Source of the DNA: Octopus vulgaris
Lineage: Eukaryota
Reading direction: 5' to 3'
Length of the DNA stretch: 64,000 nucleotides
Assembly: GCA_951406725.2 (NCBI GenBank)
Contig: OX597840.1
Location: forward strand, 21,390,001-21,454,000
The notes beneath the pieces were generated by a model. The model did not search any database. It was not told the origin of the DNA and was given only the letters and a program-made list of their open reading frames with translations. Below are positions 11,826-24,946 of the stretch, one piece after another. A program made the translations under genes and the position numbers. Every line of letters begins with the position of its first letter. Position 1 is the first letter of the stretch.

Positions 11826-12335
11826 TTTTGGTTGTATAAATAACATTATGTCAGACATATTTGAGAATGTTAATATGCTGTTTGGAAGAGGCCATTGTCT
11901 CCGAGAACACAAATGTTTCCACTTTAAAAGGTAAAAACTGGAATTTTCATGAATAAAACATTGAGAAGAAAATGGTGGAAATTTAAATATTTTTCGTGTT
12001 TTGATGATTTTGTTTGGAAATAATTTGATTTTTAATTCAATTAAGAACAGATCACATGCAAGCTTTTGGTGTGCAGAGGAGAACACTTCTGCAACTGTTT
12101 TCTGCTAAACCCAGACAATCAGAAATGAAGACAGCATCCAAACCATCTTCTCTGTAGCAGAAGAAACAAAGGTAGGAGTGGCATGTGGGTGGGGGTGGGG
12201 GTGGGAGTAGAGGTGTCTGTCCAGTGTCTTGAATTTCAATGGTAGTTAATCTCATGGATTATGTACTTTAGGTGGACTTAGCCATTTTAGGGATAATAAA
12301 ATCATAGAAGGGATGACAACAAGCATGACCACAGT

Positions 12336-12738
12336 ATCATCATCATCATCATCGTCGTCGTTTAACGTCTGTTTTCCGTGCTAGCACAGGTTGGACGGTT
12401 CGACCAGGGTCTGGGAAGCCAGAAGGCTGCACCAGGCTCCAATCTGATCTGGCAGTGTTTCTGCAGCTGGATGCCCTTCCTAACGCCAACCACTCCATGA
12501 GTGTAGTGGGTGCTTTTTATGTGCCAGGGGAGGCTGGCAGTGGCCACGATCGGTTGGTGCTTTCTATGTGCCACCGGCACAGAAGCCAGTCAAGGCGGCG
12601 CTGACATCGGCCACGTTCGGATGGTGCTTTTTACGTGCCACCGGCACAGAAGCCAGTCAAGGCGGCGCTGACATCGGCCACGTTCGGATGGTGCTTTTTA
12701 CGTGCCACCAGCACAGGTATCACAACTGCAATTTCCAT
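12336..12738 (-). mobile_element. RTE-family 3' UTR fragment with 60-bp-type tandem units
   Basis: (CAT)n start, conserved terminal block, about three repeat units. Confidence 0.85.
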
Positions 12739-12759
12739 TATATGAGTATAAAAACATTA

Positions 12760-13040
12760 TTGTCCGTGGTCCATGCTGGAATAGGTTGGACGGTTTGACA
12801 GGAGCTGGCAACCTGGAATGCTGCATCGGGCTCCAGTCTGCTTTGGCCTGGTTTCTACGGCTGGATGCCCTTCCTAATGCCAACCACTTCACAGAGTGAA
12901 TTGGATGTATTTCACATGTCACAAAGCATGGGATGCCTTTAATGTGTTACTACCACGGGTGCCTTCTACATGTCACCTGCCCAGGTGTCTTTCGCATATC
13001 ACCAGCCATGGATGCCTTTCGTGTGCCACCACTGGCACAT
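12760..13040 (-). mobile_element. Older RTE-family 3' UTR fragment with ~28-bp degenerate tandem units
   Basis: Terminal block followed by ggatgcctttcgtgtgccacc-like repeats. Confidence 0.7.
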
Positions 13041-14245
13041 AACAACTAAAATAAATTATGAATATCAATTTATTTGTGTTGTGTAAGTTACAGATGTGAT
13101 TTGCCCACTAAAAAATAAACAAATCATAAATCTGCTTGGGTCCAAATCCTTTTCCCTGACACAATGCAGGGCTGTCATGTGACTGAAGTCTCAAACTTGA
13201 ATTTTCAAAAACAAACTTGACTGGTTTATTTTTTCTTTTATTTTATTTTTCATTTATTTATTATTATTATTATTTTTGGCTGAACAGAAATCAGAATTTC
13301 CAAAACCAAATAAATTAACACTGGCACCTCTTCTATCATTCCTTTCCACATTTTCATGTGAATCTGTAAATTCAACTTTAACACCTATAAGACTGCAGGT
13401 AATTATCCCTCAAGAAATGCTTTGAAAAGAGGCTGGTGTACAAAATAGATTCTCAGAAATGAGCAGCACGAAAATAACACATTGGCCTTACCAAGAATTC
13501 ATTCAAAGGCCTGTTTCAAACAACACATGTATTAATTTAGACACAGGAATAAGCATAATACCACATCACTGCCAAAATACATCTGGTAGTTGAAAGATGA
13601 AACAATTGAAGTCAATCCAACCAAGTAGAATCTAGCCTCGAAATCAAATAGAATATGGCTAACCCAAAAGAAAATGTAATTTGTAGGTTATTAAAAAGGT
13701 CAAAATACTGTTGCAACTCATCAGTATTATGAACAGAAGAGTGAACACTTCTTATTGTTAGTTACTTTAGTAAATCACTTTAAATAGTTATTTAAAAGAT
13801 TGACTGGAAGACGTAGTGCATTACTTTGAAACTACAGTCACAAAGAGGTTACAAGGTACATAACACATACAGATGTAACGTGGTGCTGAAACAGAAATTT
13901 TAAACAATTCCTTCCCATCTCAGAGTGAGCAAGTTCATTATTAATAGTGGAATATAAAGTTCAATGGTTTTCTTCCAAAGAAGCAGAATAAATATTTTGG
14001 TGAATTTCGTGAATTATTATTGTTTTGTTTTCTTGCTTCCACAGATCGAAGTGAGAGAATATTTAACCAATTCATGTGAGTATTTTATGAGAATGAATCA
14101 TATTACAGAACAAAATCAGATCTCCATAAACCAATCTCTAAAGTAACAAAAGAGCTTTGTGGAAAAGAAGAGGAAAGAAATATTTTATTTTTATTTTTTT
14201 AATTTTTTTTTTGGATTTTGTTAAAAGCATGCTTTTTCAACTCAC

Positions 14246-14428
14246 CGAATATTGTGAATAGCTTCTGTACAATGTTGGCGGAGCTGTCGGGTATCGAGTA
14301 TTTCTCCCTCTGTAATAAGAACTGGACGTCCAAGCAATCGGAGCAGATGATGGTCCATAAGGTGAGCCAGTTGAAGGAGTGGTTGGAGACATGGCATTCT
14401 GTCTCTGAGGAGGCATATTTCGATATTG
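14246..14428 (-). CDS. Candidate 183-nt internal exon of an unidentified host gene
   Basis: Minus strand: ttcttctttctgcttacag|CAATATCG...CAATATTCG|gtgagt. Non-repetitive and length divisible by 3. Phase-0 translation QYRNMPPQRQNAMSPTTPSTGSPYGPSSAPIAWTSSSYYRGRNTRYPTAPPTLYRSYSQYS; protein not recognised. Confidence 0.65.
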
Positions 14429-14500
14429 CTGTAAGCAGAAAGAAGAACAGGTTACCATGAGGAAAGGCATTGATGATTATCTTAAAATATCAATATATAC

Positions 14501-14897
14501 AGGCAAAGGTGAGGCTGTGTGATAAGAAGTTTGCTCTCACTAACACACATGGTTCCAGGTTCAGTCCCACTGCATGGCACCTTGGGCAAGTGTCTTCTAC
14601 TACAGCCTAAGGCCGACCAAAGCCTTGTGAATGGATTTGGTAAATGGAAACTGAAAGAAGCCCATCATGTGTGCGTGTGTGTATGTGTTTGTTCCCCACC
14701 ATCATTGATTCATAACTGATGCTGGAGTGTTTCCATCCCCGTAACCCAGCAGTTCAGCAAAAGGAGCCTGATAGAATCAGTACCAGGTTTTACAAAAATA
14801 ATATTAATAAGTGCTGGAGTGAATTCATTCAGCTACAATTCTTCAAGGTGGTGCCCCAGCATGGCCACAATCTGATAACCAAAACATCTAAAAGATA
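14501..14897 (+). mobile_element. SINE family A, older copy
   Basis: Diverged full-length match. Confidence 0.85.
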
Positions 14898-14917
14898 TTT
14901 TTATATGTTTGTTATTA

Positions 14918-15313
14918 AGGCGCAGGAGTGGCTGTGTGGTAAGTAGCTTGCTAACCAACCACATGGTTCAGGGTTCAGTCCCACTGCGTGGCATCTTGGG
15001 CAAGTGTCTTCTGCTATAGCCCTGGGCCAACCAATGCCTTGTGAGTGGATTTGGGAGATGGAAACTGAAAGAAGCCTGTCGTATATATGTATATGTATGT
15101 GTGTTTGTGTGTCTGTGTTTGTCCCCCTAGCATTGCTTGACAACCGATGGTGGTGTGTTTACGTCCCCGTCACTTAGCAGTTTGGCAAAAGAGACCAATA
15201 GAATAAGTACTGGGCTTACAAAGAATAAGTCCCGGGGTCGATTTGCTCGACTAAAGGCGGTGCTCCAGCATGGCCGCAGTCAAATGACTGAAACAAGTAA
15301 AAGAGTAAAGAGT
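14918..15313 (+). mobile_element. SINE family A, full length
   Basis: Consensus match. Confidence 0.92.
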
Positions 15314-15439
15314 AATCAACAACAGTTCTAAAGCGATTTAAGGACCCAGAGTTTCATGCATTGGCGCTTACCAAAGGGCCAATGCAGGGACATGTAGCTT
15401 TTGAATCATGGGGTATCTTCTACTGATTAATAATTCTTT

Positions 15440-15910
15440 CAAATTCTGGCACAAGGCCAGCAATTTTTCAAGGGAGTGGGAAAGTCGATTGCATCAACAC
15501 CCAGCACCCAACCAGTGCTCATTTTTTTGACCCCGAAAGAATGAAGGGAAAGTTGACCTTGGTGGAATTTGAACTCAGAACATGAAGAGCTGGAAGAAAT
15601 GTTGTCCAATTCTACCAACTCCACCAGTCCAATGCCAACTATTAATCTACCAATTAAAAATAAGAAATATACATATATATTTGTTTATTGCCCACAAGGG
15701 GCTAAACATAGAGGGGACAAACAAGGACAGACAAAGGGATTAAGTCGATTACATCGACCCCAGTGCGTAACTGGTACTTTATTCATTGACCCTGAAAGGA
15801 TGAAAGGCAAAGCCGACCTCGGCGGAATTTGAACTCAGAACGTATCGGCAGACGAAATACGGCTATGAATTTCGCCCAGCGTGCTAATGTTTCTGCCAGC
15901 TCGCCGCCTT
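15440..15910 (-). mobile_element. Two SINE B copies (~15440-15630 old, ~15680-15910 young)
   Basis: The core domain is present twice. Confidence 0.85.
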
Positions 15911-15929
15911 GAAATATATATGTATTCGT

Positions 15930-16335
15930 GAGGATGCAGGGCCAAGTGGTTCGGATGTTGCACTCATAATAGTGAGATCATGGTTTCAATTCCTAGACTG
16001 CTGCAGGATTACTAACTTTTTGCCAGGTGAGTGGACTGAAGCAAGATGAAATGAAGTGTTTTGCTCAAGAACACAACAAATCGCCTGGACCAGGAATTGA
16101 AACCACAACCTTATAAACATGACCCCAACACCCTAACCACCAAGCCATGCACCTCCACACACACACATGATAGTTAGTCCACATTACTTCATAAGGAGCA
16201 TAGCGCTCGGTTCTTGGTTTCTTGGCGTGGAGATATTCCTCCCTGGATGGGACGCTGGTCCATCGCAGGGTGACTCATTTTGCCCAGCTGTTTTGAACAG
16301 GAAGAGTAATGTCAAATGAAACGTTTTGCTCAAGA
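15930..16335. mobile_element. Fragments of tRNA-headed SINE family E (CORE-like domain)
   Basis: A plus-strand head near 15930-16000 and minus-strand pieces containing ttttgctcaagaa. Confidence 0.65.
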
Positions 16336-16457
16336 AAATGGAGAAAGGGACACTAAATGATGATGATGATGATGATAAGAAGATGTGAGAGTGATCAGAG
16401 AGGCACCTGAGAAATCAACATAAGGAGTTCAATAATTGATTAGGGTAAACAAGAAAG

Positions 16458-16862
16458 TGAGATGGCAGAAACGTTAGCACGTCTGGCAAAATGCATAGCC
16501 GTATTTCGTCTGCCGTTACATTCTGAGTTCAAATTCTGCTGAGGTCGACTTTGCCTTTCATCCTTTCGGGGTCGATTAAATAAGTACCAGTTACACACTG
16601 GGGTCGATTTAATCGACTTAATCTGTTTGTCTGTCCTTGTTTGTCCTCTCTGTGTTTAGCCCCTTGTGGGTAGTAAAGAAATAGGTATTTCGTCTGTCTT
16701 TACATTCTGAGTTCAAATTCTGCCGAGGTCAACTTTGCCTTTCATCCTTTCGGGGTCGATTAAATAAGTACCAGTTACACACTGGGGTCGATTTAATCGA
16801 CTTAATCTGTTTGTCTGTCCTTGTTTGTCGCCTCTGTGTTTAGCCCCTTGTGGGTAGTAACG
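16458..16862 (+). mobile_element. Dimeric SINE family B with 11-bp TSD
   Basis: gtatttcgtctg at 16501 and 16685 gives a 184-bp period. TSD aaacaagaaag at 16447-16457 and 16863-16873. Confidence 0.88.
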
Positions 16863-17154
16863 AAACAAGAAAGAGAAATACAAGAAAGACTAGGAGTAGC
16901 TAAGCGAGAGGGATGATTGGGTTGGATGTGGATGCGTGGAAAAAAACGAGAGATCAGTGTTCATAGGAAAGGTTGCCAAATACCCTAAGGAAAAGTTTGA
17001 GATGAAAACCCTCAAAGGTCAAGACCTGAGGATGTGATGATCGTAAATCACAATCAATGACAATAGGTGAGCCAGTAGACCTAGCCAACCCATTGCAGAA
17101 TATAGAAATATATATGTTAAAATATGGATGACGTTTACGGTGTTTGTTGCTGTA

Positions 17155-17639
17155 TGCGTGTGTATGTGTATATATGCATGCCTCCATGTATGAATGTATG
17201 TATGTGAGTGTGTAAGCATGTGTGTGTGTATGTATGTATCTGTCTACTTACCAGCCTCTCTGTTTATTTATTTATCTATCTATATGTATGTATTTGTATG
17301 TGTGTGTGTGTGCATGTGTATGTACATATACATACATATACACATATGTATGCATATCTATACATATATATCCATGTATAAATATATATATACATACACA
17401 TACACAGATATGTATATATATGTACATATATACATATATATATGTACACACACACACATATATATACACACATACATACATACACACACACATTCATACA
17501 CACATACACAAACACACATATATATACACACACACATACATACACATACAAACACACACACACACATATATACACACACACACACATATATATATACACA
17601 CACATACATACATACACACACACATTCATACATATATAT

Positions 17640-17670
<31 letters not shown>

Positions 17671-17732
17671 CACACACATACATACATACACACACACATT
17701 CATACACATACATACACACACACACACACACA
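17155..17732. repeat. (TG)/(CA)/(TA) compound microsatellite
   Basis: Read directly from the sequence. Confidence 0.9.
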
Positions 17733-17864
17733 TTAGTAGATGCAGACTTTAGGAAGAGGACTGTATTTATGATGAATGCGAAATAAACTGATGGTTGCCA
17801 AAATGTTCTTCAGTTATTTTAGGTTTTTTGGGCTTTGAATTTTTTTGTATTTTTCTTTCTCTAA

Positions 17865-18405
17865 CTACCACTGCCCCCCCCCCCCCTCCACCCCCACCTC
17901 ATTATACCATCATCATCATCATCACTACCATCACAATCACACCATGACTGCTACAAACACACATACACACACACACACCATAATAACCACCAAAATTACC
18001 CGTGTACCAACACCCTATACACCCTCACCACTGCCACCACCACTACAACAAAAATCCCCACCATCTCATTACCATAACAACACTAAACACCACCTCCACT
18101 ACCACCACTACCACCTCCACCACCACTACCACTGTCAGCACCACCAGCACCACCAGCACCACCACCACTACCACAAGTATACCTTCACCACCATCATGAC
18201 CATAACTACCACCATTGCTGCTGCTGCTACTACTACTACTGCTACTACCACCACCGTCACCACTACCACCACCACCACAACCACTGCCATCGCCACTACC
18301 ATCACCACTGCTGCTACCACCATCACCACCACAACCACTGCAATCGCCACTACCAACACCACCATCACCACCACTGCTACCACCACACCATCATCAACCA
18401 CCACC
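17865..18405. repeat. Degenerate (CAC)/(CAT)/(TAC) trinucleotide tract
   Basis: Read directly from the sequence. Confidence 0.9.
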
Positions 18406-18804
18406 ATTCGCCAGGCTATCTTAATATAATTTACACATACTCAACCTCTGGCAACATCTGATTAGTTTAATTTTAACGCCTCACCCCCACCACCACTACG
18501 CCCCCACCATCAGAAACTGAAACCCAATAACCATTGTATGACCACCACAATGTGTTATCGGAACAATGTCTAATGATGTGTAGAGTCCTTCATTCATTTC
18601 TCTGTGTGGAATAATCAACACACCGCCGTGGTGATAAAACTGTCCAGTGGGGAGGGGATGTGGTGTTAGGGTGGTGGTGGACCCCGGATATTTGTGGAAT
18701 CTAAGTAATGTAAGGTTCAAAGGAGAAAGAATTGGTGAGGTGTAAGTGGAACAAACACACACACACACACATCTACATACATGTATATGTGTGGATGTAT
18801 AATA

Positions 18805-19017
18805 ATCATTATCATCATCATCATCATCATCATTTAACGTCTGCTTTCCATGCTAGCATGGGTTGGATGGTTTAACTGGGGTCTGGGAATCCAGAAGGCT
18901 GCACCAGGCTCCAGTCTGATCTAGCAGTGTTTCTACAGCTGGATGCCCTTCCTAACGCCAACCACTCCATCAGTGTAGTGGGTGCTTATGTGCCACCTGC
19001 ACAGGTGCCAGACGAGG
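18805..19017 (-). mobile_element. RTE-family 3' end fragment
   Basis: (CAT)n followed by the terminal block. Confidence 0.85.
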
Positions 19018-19452
19018 TGTTTCAGTCATTTGACTGTGGCCATGCTGGAGCACCGCCTTTAGTCGAGAAACTCGACCCCGGGACTTATTCTTTGTAAGCC
19101 CAGTACTTATTCTATCGGTCTCTTTTGCCGAACCGCTAAGTGACGGGGACGTAAACACACCAGCATCGGTTGTCAAGCAATGCTAGGAGGACAAACACAG
19201 ACACACAAAGATACACGCACACACACATATATACATATATATATATATGTTAGGGTTAGGGTTATATACATATATATATACATATATACGACAGGCTTCT
19301 TTCAGCTTCCATCTACCAAATCCACTCACAAGGCTTTGGTCGGCCCGAGGCTATAGCAGAAGACACTTGCCCAAGATGCCACGTAGTGGGACTGAACCCG
19401 GAACCATGTGGTTGGTTAGCAAGCTACTTACTACACAGCCACTCCTGCGCCT
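19018..19452 (-). mobile_element. SINE family A, full length
   Basis: Reverse complement of the consensus. Confidence 0.92.
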
Positions 19453-19866
19453 ATTCTCAGTAAATATTCTGAATCTGCTACACTTTCAGTACTCAAAATG
19501 TACGAGAAGAAATATGTTTGCAGGTTATTAACATCACACCCAGGAGGAATTAATAAAATGACAGAATTTCATCATTTTACACAAAACTGATTAAATCTTC
19601 TTCTTTTTCCTTTTCTTTTTTCTCTCTCTCTTTTTCCCCCTTTTTCTTTTCACCAGTTGTAAACTTGAAATTTCAAGACTGACAATGTCAATCCATCAAC
19701 AGGGGGACGCTGGTTGCCCTCGTTCATATTTTGGATTTGAATTTCTATAATCTTGAAATTTTATCACTTTTCATTTTGAACTTGACAAAGACAGATTAGC
19801 TTTTGAAATACCACTCAATCAATGAAATATCTATTGCCATTGCATCGCGCTCTTCTTCGTGTTGTC

Positions 19867-19906
<40 letters not shown>

Positions 19907-19932
19907 GATGATAATAATAATAATAATAATGA

Positions 19933-20131
19933 TGGCACCTGTGCAGGTGGCACGTAAAAAGCACCCACTACACTCGTGGAGTGGTTGGCGTTAGGAAGGG
20001 CATCCAGCCGTAGAAACACTGCCAGATCAGACTGGAGCCTGGAGCAGCCCCTGGCTCCCCAGACCCCGGTCGAACCGTCCAACCCGTGCTAGCGCGGAAA
20101 ACGGACGTTAAACGATGATGATGATGATGAT
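19933..20131 (+). mobile_element. RTE-family 3' end fragment
   Basis: gtggttggcgttaggaagggcatccagccgtagaaac...acggacgttaaac(gat)n. Confidence 0.85.
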
Positions 20132-20644
20132 AATAATAATAATAATTATAAGAATAATAATAATCATCATTTCTACTATAGGCACAAAGCCTGAAATTTG
20201 GGGGAGGGGAATAGTCAATTACATCGACCCCAGTACTCCAGGTGGGGGATACATATGCCATGGAAACCATTCCTAGGAGTCTGTATGACGTGGGAAGGAA
20301 CTTTACCAACTTTACTTTATATGATATACAAATATATAAATACTGAAAGAGGAACAACTTGGGAAGAATATAGATGGGGAAGGGGAACGGGGGAGAAAAT
20401 GAATGAATAAAAGAAAGAAAAAGAGAAAAAGACAAAGAAAGAATATAGAAAAGAAAGGGAGAGTGGGTGAGAGAGAGAGAACAAGGGAGAGAGAGAGGGA
20501 GAAGGGGAAAGAGGGAGATGGGAGAGAGAAGAATGAATGAATAAAAGAACGAAAAAGAGAGAGAGAGAGAGAATGAATGAATGAATAAAAGAAAGAGAAA
20601 AAGACAGTAAGCGAGAGTAGGCAAGAGAAAGAGAGAGAGAGAGA

Positions 20645-20685
<41 letters not shown>

Positions 20686-20808
20686 AATGAATGAATAAAA
20701 GAAGGCAAAAAAGACAGGAAGAAGAAAAACAAAGAAAAATGAATGAATGTAAGAAAGAAATAAAGAAGGATGGAAAGAAAGAAAGAAAGAAAAGATTAAT
20801 GAATACCA

Positions 20809-20850
<42 letters not shown>

Positions 20851-21249
20851 GAGGATAGATTGTTTTTAAAGTTTAACCGTTGCCTGTGTAGATGATAGTA
20901 AAGCAGTTTGGTTGAAGTTGATTCAAGGTATCAGGTTCCCAGAAATATAAATACTACACTTTTCAACACATGTCAAACAAGCCCCTCCCCCCTCCCAAGA
21001 AAAGATGGAGAGAGAGGGAGAGAGAGAGATGCAGAATACAGAGCCAAAGTAAACAAAAAGAAAAAAGAACAACAGAAAATCCTCAAGATAAGAAAGCGAA
21101 GGCAGGGGGGGGGGGTAATAAGAGAGCAACAAAAACAAAGATACAAAAAAAAAACCAACAAAGGGATAATAGTAAATAGATAAGAAAGAGAAGTGAGTAA
21201 GAAAGCAAGTAATAACTGAATAATTAAATGTGTGGGCGAAAATATCTTT

Positions 21250-21680
21250 CAACAGTTAACTTCTTGGATATCACCTTCAATCTGGACACGAATAAATATT
21301 TTGCTTCACATAAAGCCTACTGGAAGAACAGTTATTACAGTTATTCGCCTTTTTTTTTTCTTTGTTACATTGATAAGGATTCTAACCACCCAGCTAATAT
21401 TCGCAATAATTTAGTTTCCAATATCAGTAAGCAATTTCATCTTTGTTTTTGAACGATGATACTTTAACAGAAGGAAGAGAGTACATGTTCAGACTTTTAG
21501 CTTCCAGGTGTAAAAATAGAACTAGAACAACTCTGTGATATAATACAATCTTTAGTTTAAATGTCTGGATAAATATAGCCAAAGAATCCTTTAATTTAAT
21601 CTCACTTCATTTTATTAGGGCTTATATTTATTATAAAGCCTTCAATAGAAATACTATTAAAGTTTCCTACTCTTGTAAAA
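21250..21680 (+). pseudogene. Penelope-like element RT thumb/linker relic
   Basis: Translates VNFLDITFNLDTNKY...YIDKDSNHPANIRNNLVSNISK and later FNLISLHF...KAFNRNTIKVSYSC. These are PLE motifs (FLD, SNHP, FNRNTxKVSYSC), broken by frameshifts and stops. Confidence 0.8.
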
Positions 21681-22206
21681 AGTTTTTGAGTTCATTTAAC
21701 TTCGTTAATGTTAGTCATCTGTTCAAAAGTTGTAATTCAACCACCGTATATGCTTGAAACAGTACTAAATGCTAGTAGCTGCCTGCTTATTGGAAAACTC
21801 ATCAGTTTTTTGGTATACTGCTCTTAAAACTGAAGGACAGTTTCAAATTAAAATCCTAATTCAAGATGAGATATTATTTACACAGACACTCATTTGTTAA
21901 CCCATATAAGAGATTTTTGACAGAACTATTCAGATATATTTGAAGACGAAGAAGAGAAACTAGTGGCAATACTTTTAAAATATCTTGGTCTAGTTCTTTT
22001 CCTGAAGAAAATCAGATTATTCACTCAAAATTTGTTGAGGAATGTCACGTTTGAAACAATTTCTTGTTGAGATACATCATTGTGACTTGCAGAACAAACC
22101 AGTTCTGGTTTTTTGATAGATATTTAACATCCATTACTGGAATGACAAAGTTAATTTCACAGTGAAAGCGTTGTTCTTCGTTCTATACCTGTTTATGATA
22201 ATCAGC

Positions 22207-22594
22207 TTGGAGGCGCAATGGCCCAGTGGTTAGGGCAGTGGACTCGCAGTCATAGGATCGCGGTTTCGATTCCCAGACTGGGCGTTGTGAGTGTTTATTG
22301 AGCGAAAACACCTAAAAGCTCCACGAGGCTCCGGCAGGGGATGGTGGTGATCCCTGCTGTACTCTTTCACCACAACTTTCTCTCACTCTTACTTCCTGTT
22401 TCTGTTGTACCTGTATTTCAAAGGGCTGGCCTTGTCACACTCTGTGTCACGCTGAATATCCCCAAGAACTACGTTAAGGGTACACGTGTCTGTGGAGTGC
22501 TCAGCCACTTACACGTTAATTTCACGAGCAGGCTGTTCCGTTGATCGGATCAACCGGAACCCTCGTCGTCGTAACCGACTGAATGCTTCCATCC
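22207..22594 (+). mobile_element. tRNA-derived SINE family D, full length with 12-bp TSD
   Basis: Head ggaggcgcaatggcccagtggttaggg...ggtttcgattccc (A and B boxes). TSD atgataatcagc at 22195-22206 and 22595-22606. Confidence 0.9.
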
Positions 22595-22624
22595 ATGATA
22601 ATCAGCATCATTTAACGTCTGTTG

Positions 22625-22752
22625 TCTACTAAAGGCACAAGGCCTGACATTTTTTGGGGGAAGGGACTACTCGATTACATTGACCCCCCCCCCCAGTATT
22701 TCACTGGTACTTATTTTGCCCAGCGTCAAACAATTCTGCCAGCTTGCCACCT
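22625..22752 (-). mobile_element. SINE B, internally deleted
   Basis: Tail and head are present but the core is missing. Confidence 0.6.
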
Positions 22753-23152
22753 TATACCTGTTTATAATAATGACAACAACAAAAATAAACACAGATGTCA
22801 TCTAAGTTAAACAGAAAAACTATTAATATTATTACATGATAAGATATTTTAAAAAATATGCTTGAATCCAAGACTGGACCAACAGTGTGTTTGTTTGTAA
22901 AGGATGAAAATCAATGAAACCACCATTTTGAGAAAGTTAAAATTTAATGATATTCCCAGGTAGAGACTTGGAAATAGTTTGCCTCAAAGAAATATGCATT
23001 ACAAGATGCCGGTAGGTTTCAGGGGACATCAAGAGAGAATGAGCACCAATTCAGGGCCTTCGTTTCGACAGCTTTGTAATGCACTGGCTTCTGTTACTGG
23101 CCCCGACTACTGGATTGACTGACTTATTCGATCTTAAGTCCATTTCAGGACC

Positions 23153-23233
23153 ATGATGATGATGATGATAACAACAACGACGAGGAAGAGGAGGAGGACA
23201 ATGATGATGATAATCATGACATTGACAATGATG

Positions 23234-23265
<32 letters not shown>

Positions 23266-23475
23266 GGTGATGGTGATGATGGTGATTATGATGGTGATGA
23301 TGATGATGGTGATGATGATGATGAGGAGGAGGAGTAGGAGGAGGAGGAAGACAATAATGAAAATGATGATAATCATGACAATGTCAATAGTGATGATGAA
23401 GACAATGATGATGATGAGGAGGAGGATAATCATGACAATGATAATGATGACAATGATGGTGATGATGATGATGAA
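23153..23475. repeat. (ATG)n/(AGG)n microsatellite
   Basis: Read directly from the sequence. Confidence 0.95.
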
Positions 23476-23947
23476 ATGCACAAAGACCAAAGAGACAACA
23501 ACCCAATGAAGGACTCAATACATTATGTATGCATCACTCCAGAAATTAATACTTCACCAGAACAGCACAGGTGTTTCAATAGTTTTCGCATCAAAGGAAA
23601 AGAAAAAAAAAACCCCTTTCCCACCTCATAAAGAATACGTCTTAATCTCCCTATTTTACCTTTTTTTTACATGTTAAAATATAATTCTTTCTGAGTTTTT
23701 GTTGTTGTTGCTGTTGTTGTTGCTTAAAGTGGTTTAATGAAAGCAAGAAGTGATATGAAATATTAAAAACAACAAAAACAACAGAATGTGTTTAGTTTCT
23801 GGCAGAAAAGTAGCAATAAATGGTCCGGAATGATTTTTAATGAAGGAATTTTTTCTGTCTAAATAGGACAACATTATTCCACTTCTTTGGAGAAGTGATC
23901 TTTCATGTAGGAAATGACATTGTTTTCCTGATATGCACTCATTATCA

Positions 23948-24510
23948 AGAAGAAGAAGAAGAAGAAGAAGAAGGAGAAGAAGAAGAAGAAGGAGAAGAAG
24001 AAGAAAGAGAAGAAGAAGAAGAAGAAGGAGAAGAAGAAGAAAGAGAAGAAGAAGAAGAAGGAGAAGAAATGGAGGAGAAGAAGAAGAAGAAGGAGGAGGA
24101 GAAGAAGAAATGGAGAAGAAGAAAAAGAAGAAAGAGAAGAAGAAGAAGTAGAAGAAGAAGGAGAAGAAATGGAGGAGAAGAAGAAGAAGAAGGAGGAGGA
24201 GAAGAAGAAATGGAGAAGAAGAAGAAGAAGAAGAAGAAGAAGAAAGAGAAGGAGAAGAAGAAGAAGAAGAAGAAGAAGGAGAAGAAGAAATGGAGGAGAA
24301 GAAGAAGAAGGAGGAGGAGGAGGAGGAGGAGGAGAAGAAGAAGAAGAAGAAGAAGAAGAAGAAGAAGAAGAAGAAGAAGAAGAAGAAGAAGAAGAAGAAG
24401 AAGAAGAAGAAGAAGAAGAAGAAGAAGAAGAAGAAGAAGAAGAAGAAGAAGAAGAAGAAGAAGAAGAAGAAGAAGAAGAAAGAGAAGAAGAAGAGGAGAA
24501 GGAGGAGAAG
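23948..24510. repeat. (GAA)n/(GGA)n polypurine tract, ~560 bp
   Basis: Read directly; includes a long pure (GAA)n run. Confidence 0.97.
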
Positions 24511-24589
24511 CAGCAGCAGCAGTCTACTTGTAGCACTTGTAGAGCCATGAATATGTTCCAAATGAAATAACAGCCAACAGACTACAGAT

Positions 24590-24853
24590 GCCATTATATG
24601 TTGATGGTCAGGAGATGTGCTTTGCATTGTTCTAGCTTTTAAATAATGGCACCCTGCTGGCTAAGAGAGCAGGCCAACTTCCCCCTTGGTCAGAAGGTTG
24701 GTCTTTCACAAGCTTACCTATTGACAGCTGAGTGGACTGGACTAACATGAAACAAAGTGTTTGGCTCAAAAGCACAACGCTCTACATGGTGCAGGAATCG
24801 AAACAAAATCTAGCTATCATGAGTGCAACACTTTAACCACTAGGCCACATACC
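24590..24853 (-). mobile_element. SINE with family E head and the tail shared with 38717-39020
   Basis: Minus strand: gtggcctagtggttaaag...tttcgattcctg...ccagtccactcagctg...gttggcctgctctcttagccagcagggtg. Confidence 0.7.
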
Positions 24854-24946
24854 TTCACATATGTGTGTGTGTGTGTTTGTGTGTGCGTGCATAAAAATGA
24901 ATGTCTTTATATATATGTATGTATATATATATATATATATATATAT

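Noticed and set aside
12051-12170. Plus-strand exon-like segment (aacag|ATC...AAAG|gtagga)
   Set aside because: All three frames contain stops and the polypyrimidine tract is poor.
22209-22285. tRNA gene (also the heads at 40468, 4200 and 39020)
   Set aside because: A/B boxes are present but I see no complete acceptor stem. Each continues into a repeated SINE body, and the 22207 copy has a TSD.
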